Assembly (NCBI GenBank): GCA_036387635.1
Contig: DASVTJ010000047.1
Location: 1 to 51,748, forward strand
DNA from: Duganella sp.
GTDB taxonomy: Bacteria > Pseudomonadota > Gammaproteobacteria > Burkholderiales > Burkholderiaceae_D
Direction of reading: 5' to 3'
DNA: 51,748 nt
The translations under genes and the position numbers were made by a program. The notes under the pieces are model-generated. The model did no database searches. It was not told the DNA's origin and saw only the letters and a list, made by a program, of their open reading frames with translations. The first letter of the stretch is position 1. Each line of letters starts with the position of its first letter. Below, piece after piece: positions 48,901 to 51,748 of this stretch.

Positions 48901-49523
48901 ACCTGGCCGTTTTCGATCGGCAGCAGGTCGTCGGTCATGGCGCCGTCGGTGAAGCTGTTGTGATCGACCCAGACGTGGTCGGAGGCGGTCACGCCGATGG
49001 CGTCGAAAGCCGAGTTCCAGTTGCCCAAGGCGCCGTCGTTCGGGTCCCAGACCGGGCCGACGTCGCATGGGTTGACGATCTTCAGGTTGCGGATGATGAC
49101 TTGCGAGGCGCCGGAGACGACGATATGGCCGTTGACGATGCCGGCGCCGGCGCCATCGCCGATCAGCGTGGTGTTACTGGGCAGGCGGATCAGGCCCCGG
49201 CTGGCCTGGTCGCCGGTGTTCGCGAACGGTACGCCTTCGCTCATGTCAATGGTGCCGACCAATTTGACGATCTTCGGATTGACGCCACCGCGCCGCAATG
49301 CGGCCAGCAGTTGCGCGCGATTGGTGGCGGTGTAGATCTGCGATGTGATGGCGGCCGAACCGCCGACGGTGCCGCCGGCCTGGCCGGCAAAGCCGTCGGC
49401 GGGCGCCGTTTGCAGTGCGGGATCGATGGCGGCGGCGCTAACGGCGGTCGCGGCGAACACCGATAACAACACAGGTAATGAACAGGACAGGCGTAGCGCC
49501 GCCCTGACACGAGTCAGTTCCAT
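45921..49523 (-). CDS. Multidomain pectinase: PL1 pectate lyase + lectin-like + Ig-like domains + CE8 pectin methylesterase
   Basis: PL1 motifs VIIRNL, VWVDH, DGSLD, RSPRVRYG; CE8 motifs QAEA, QDTL, GNVDFIWG; AAGGAG RBS before ATG 49523. Confidence 0.88.
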   Translation of the reverse strand: MELTRVRAALRLSCSLPVLLSVFAATAVSAAAIDPALQTAPADGFAGQAGGTVGGSAAITSQIYTATNRAQLLAALRRGGVNPKIVKLVGTIDMSEGVPFANTGDQASRGLIRLPSNTTLIGDGAGAGIVNGHIVVSGASQVIIRNLKIVNPCDVGPVWDPNDGALGNWNSAFDAIGVTASDHVWVDHNSFTDGAMTDDLLPIENGQVKQCHDGSLDITKASDFVTVSYNVFGQHRKNNLIGSSDGDTADTGKLRISFSNNVFRDIVSRSPRVRYGQVHMFNNYFAGSKAHPVYPHEYSIGIGQASQVLSHNNVFDIAGAASGDAARLSCDDVVEPIGGTVPGAFKDSGSALNGKPLAGCSVPNGGVFAAPYAYAARPLALVKANALAQAGGGKLSTAIKGTGDVTPDTTVTLNCPPSGLYFCDDFQNGGSANWNLLPVAGANGSFSVKPESIGATNLVMQYTAGSTGGVLALIKPAALGAVPSADYYVEARIKPMTNSTTGNKQLYLITRYKDAGNWYGGGLNVQNTTASTQVEIARMLNATLSRPKQVRKSIQMDAQFYTVRFEMIGTSLTVYLDGESLGTVTDASFAERGQVGLYTTNKSFQIDDVRIGDPSLKPAQLTLNPATLNYIAEVGDAPLTIDVNAVKPDGAADTFSASSTRPGVATVAIDAGGKKLTLTPVGAGSATIVVTSASDPTLQRTIAAAISPRFEQPTQAYPLQGATQPVAAAANAHVDAALKLTFDSPPTLGTGGSIRIFRKSDDALVDVIRLVNETDSLGYAGQTAVRKVNTTPISIAGNTMTIKPHSNKLEYGTEYYVAISNGVFTGASLGGVPFIGIGKLGDWSFTTRAAGPAPGAASVTVGAADDADFGTVQAALNYAMKEVAAGDPLTIRVRNGVYTELLYLRGKNNVTLVGESRDGTVIQYTNHDSLNSGTGGSQSPDSAAMSGGRSVMLVEAADLLTLDTLTLKNTTLRSGAISAQAEAIYFNSDNRRLVAKNAAFHSEQDTLNLKGYAWFYRSLVAGNVDFIWGGSRAALFEESEIRSLGDTTSATGGGYVLQARVPNAADKGFVFLNSRLTHGPGPGPLHGDVPAGATYLARSPGGTATWDNIAFINTRMDNHVAAVGWAGAGVNGQPAPNPVTPNAASGWREYGTTNLAGDPVNLAARVGGFQLSASDVATGFASRALVFSAWAGGEGWDPQP

Positions 49524-49553
49524 TTGGAGCTCCTTGAACAAGTAGGCGGGTTA

Positions 49554-50147
49554 CTAAGTGGTGCGGCGGCGCGCCAGCATGCCGACGCCGGCCAGGCCGG
49601 CCAGCATCATCCACGCGGTGGCCGGTTCCGGCACCGCCGCCACCGGGCCTTGCAGCGTGATCATCGTCGATAGCGCGTTGAAGTCGCCGTTCCACGCCAC
49701 GCCGCTCAAGTCGATCGAGATGGTGTGGCCGTTGACGATGCTGAGCACCGGCGTGCCGCTGGTGAGCCCCGCGTCGAGCACGCTGAAGCCGACGATCGGC
49801 GCGGCCAGCGTGGCGCCGAAGTCGAAGGTGGCGCTGTAGGCGCCGGCGGGCAGGGTGGCGTTGTTGAAGATGGTCAGGCGGCCATCGCGCGCGAAGTCGA
49901 ACGCCAGCAGGTAGTCGGCGGAGATGAATTCGGCGCCCGGTTCGACCGGATCGAGTCCGCTGACATTGCTGCCCGCTTCATCGGCGAAGTGGTGGTCGAC
50001 GCCCAGCATGGCGCCGGGCTGTCCGTTGTAACTGGCGGTGATCGTGGCGTTGTATAGAGGATCGAAAGCATCGGCGCCCGCGTACGCGGCGCCGGCGGCC
50101 AGCGCAAAGCATGCGGCGGCCACGGCTTGTTTTAGTGAGGTGTGCAT
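49554..50147 (-). CDS. PEP-CTERM sorting-domain protein
   Basis: Signal peptide; C-terminal VPEPATAWMMLAGLAGVGMLARRR; GGAGA RBS before ATG 50147. Confidence 0.92.
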   Translation of the reverse strand: MHTSLKQAVAAACFALAAGAAYAGADAFDPLYNATITASYNGQPGAMLGVDHHFADEAGSNVSGLDPVEPGAEFISADYLLAFDFARDGRLTIFNNATLPAGAYSATFDFGATLAAPIVGFSVLDAGLTSGTPVLSIVNGHTISIDLSGVAWNGDFNALSTMITLQGPVAAVPEPATAWMMLAGLAGVGMLARRRTT

Positions 50148-50566
50148 TGTGTCTCCAGATATTGATGTCAACAACGCCGGTCTTTGCCGGTCGCCAGTCG
50201 GCACACCTCGCGTATGCCGTGCCACCGCAGGGAGGACGCAGGAAGCGTCGAGCTCGCGGTTGGTCAAAAATCTGTATTAGGAGGGAGCAGGGATATGACT
50301 TTGCTAATTCCTGCGATCGATTCTACGGTGGTCTTACCAATCGTGCAAGCTGGACTGACCAATAAAACAACAGCGGCCGGCGGTGTACGAGTTGCGTCTA
50401 TGAATAGAAACTATGATAAGCAGAATGTGATAAATTTTTCCGATAAAGAATGAAAATTTCCGCAAGGGAAATGCAATAACACTGCCGCAAGCCGCTAAAA
50501 ATGGTGCTTCTTGTCAAAAAGAGCGGTAGAATAATGCTGTGAGGAATCTCCCAACAGGAGTCGAAG

Positions 50567-51214
50567 ATGATTATGATAAATGCCATTGGTGGCGCCACCC
50601 GCTTCGCAGCTACTGTTGCGGAGGCCGCGCTCGAGCCATACAACAAGCCTGCTCCATCGGCCGATCTGGACAGTGCCGACCTGCATGCGTCGGTCGCCGC
50701 GTATTTGTCCTTGCCCGGGTTTAACGCGCCGGCCGGTATCGATACCAGCCAGGTGACCGACGCCAGCAATGCGATTGGCGCCATCGGTGCAAGCGACGAG
50801 GCCGGCGCGCCGGGCAACGTTGCCGCCGAGGCCGACGACGAGGGCGTGAAGGACGCGCTGAACCAGTTCGACGACGGCCTCAAACGCCTGGAGCTGCGCC
50901 CTGAAACCCAGATCTTCCAGGCCAACTTTGGGCTGGAAGGCGTCGATGGCGTGGAAGCGGTCAATCTGGTGTCGCCCGATCCACTGCCCGGTGTGAGCGA
51001 AGATGGCGTCCTCGGCGTCAGCGGCAAGGATCATCCGGCCGCCGACATCAACAGCGACGGCAAGATCAGCGAAGACGAACGCCGCCGTTACCAGTTGCCG
51101 ATCACGTACCGCAGCAGCGAGCGCTCGACCGACGCGCTGGCCGATGGTCCATCCGCATTCTCGTTGACCGAGGCTAATCGCGCCTATGGCGTAGTTGCCG
51201 CAGCGCTCGCCTGA
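50567..51214 (+). CDS. Acidic hypothetical protein with a single EF-hand-like loop
   Basis: AGGAG RBS; codon usage like neighbouring genes; DINSDGKISEDE loop. Confidence 0.75.
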   Translation: MIMINAIGGATRFAATVAEAALEPYNKPAPSADLDSADLHASVAAYLSLPGFNAPAGIDTSQVTDASNAIGAIGASDEAGAPGNVAAEADDEGVKDALNQFDDGLKRLELRPETQIFQANFGLEGVDGVEAVNLVSPDPLPGVSEDGVLGVSGKDHPAADINSDGKISEDERRRYQLPITYRSSERSTDALADGPSAFSLTEANRAYGVVAAALA

Positions 51215-51342
51215 CCGCGACACCATCCGCAACACTCTTTCTTTACACGCCGTCCTGATCGGGCTTTGTCATCGCGACAAAGCCCGGTTTTATTTGCGCG
51301 CGGCACTGCCAACTGAAAAACACCACGTCCGTAAAAAGTGCG

Positions 51343-51570
51343 ATCGAGAGTTTCGCGATCCCGTGGTCATTTTGGTATCGGTGCCGTTGGAGCTGTTCCG
51401 CGCGATGATGTTTATTTTCCTCGGTTTCGCGTCGATTGACATTTATACCCAGGCTGGGCTGGCTGCGTTGACGGGACTGATCTCCAGGCATGGTATCCTG
51501 ATTGTTGAAGTAGCGCATCATTTGCGCGCGGCCGGCAGCACCAAGCGCGAGGCGATCGAGCAGGCGGCAG
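51343..51570 (+). pseudogene. Degraded fragment of an RND efflux permease (AcrB/MexW-like C-terminal TM region)
   Basis: FRDPVVILVSVPL...IYTQAGL..L.GLISRHGILIVE...KREAIEQAA resembles the RND C-terminal region; apparent 1-nt deletion in FESFRDP; rest of the gene absent. Confidence 0.75.
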
Positions 51571-51636
51571 GGCAGGAGGCTGCGCACGCGCCGGGATAAA
51601 AAACACAAAAAATCGAAGAGACGAACGCACATTTTT

Positions 51637-51748
51637 ATGCCAGAAATCGAGAATATGCTTGGCGGGCGGCTGGCCTGGCTGTCGGCGCGCCGCAAACGCA
51701 GCAAAGAAGAAATCATCCTCATGCTGATGTGCTCACTGAGCATTCCGA
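51637..51748 (+). CDS. Possible N-terminus of a membrane protein, truncated by the window edge
   Basis: Open frame MPEIENMLGGRLAWLSARRKRSKEEIILMLMCSLSIP: basic patch followed by a hydrophobic stretch. Confidence 0.4.
   Translation, partial: MPEIENMLGGRLAWLSARRKRSKEEIILMLMCSLSIP

Noticed and set aside
50417-50446. Sigma-28-like -10 (TCCGATAA) upstream of the EF-hand gene
   Set aside because: No TAAA-like -35 at the required spacing.
51195-51599. 134-aa ORF as an intact gene
   Set aside because: Chimera of non-coding sequence and the RND relic; recorded as a pseudogene fragment instead.

Overview
GC-rich bacterial chromosomal segment. Gene style, the PEP-CTERM protein and the REP types suggest a Massilia/Duganella-like betaproteobacterium (inference). 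Left to right: (1) end of a Liv-type ABC importer, then a 4-hydroxybenzoate/protocatechuate cluster (pcaC-pcaD fusion, pcaB, pcaG, pcaH, IclR pcaR, AraC pobR, pobA); (2) a Crp/Fnr-family regulator and a convergent small ORF; (3) a TonB-dependent receptor / membrane desaturase-like / signal-less binding-protein operon; (4) a ~17 kb sulfur-starvation-type island (3 SsuA-like binding proteins, LysR, SsuC/SsuB, two flavin-dependent monooxygenases, 2-hydroxyacid dehydrogenase, class II aldolase-fold protein, its own TonB-ExbBD and receptor, Gln-type thiol dioxygenase, four-domain rhodanese), many of whose proteins are strongly Cys/Met-depleted; (5) MCP, aldo-keto reductase, an M1 peptidase / His-N-terminal protein / His-rich receptor operon, carboxylesterase, receiver-only response regulator, MFS, alkaline phosphatase, a pectate lyase-pectin methylesterase fusion behind a PEP-CTERM gene, an acidic EF-hand protein and an RND pseudogene relic. 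REP-like palindromes are present; no rRNA, tRNA, CRISPR, transposase or phage genes were seen. Best novelty candidates: the organosulfur island (including a possible CysK-binding tail on its ABC ATPase), the receptor-desaturase-binding protein operon, and a putative Crp-family regulon defined by a GTNCG-N4-CGNAC palindrome. All calls come from reading motifs by eye; no searches were run.
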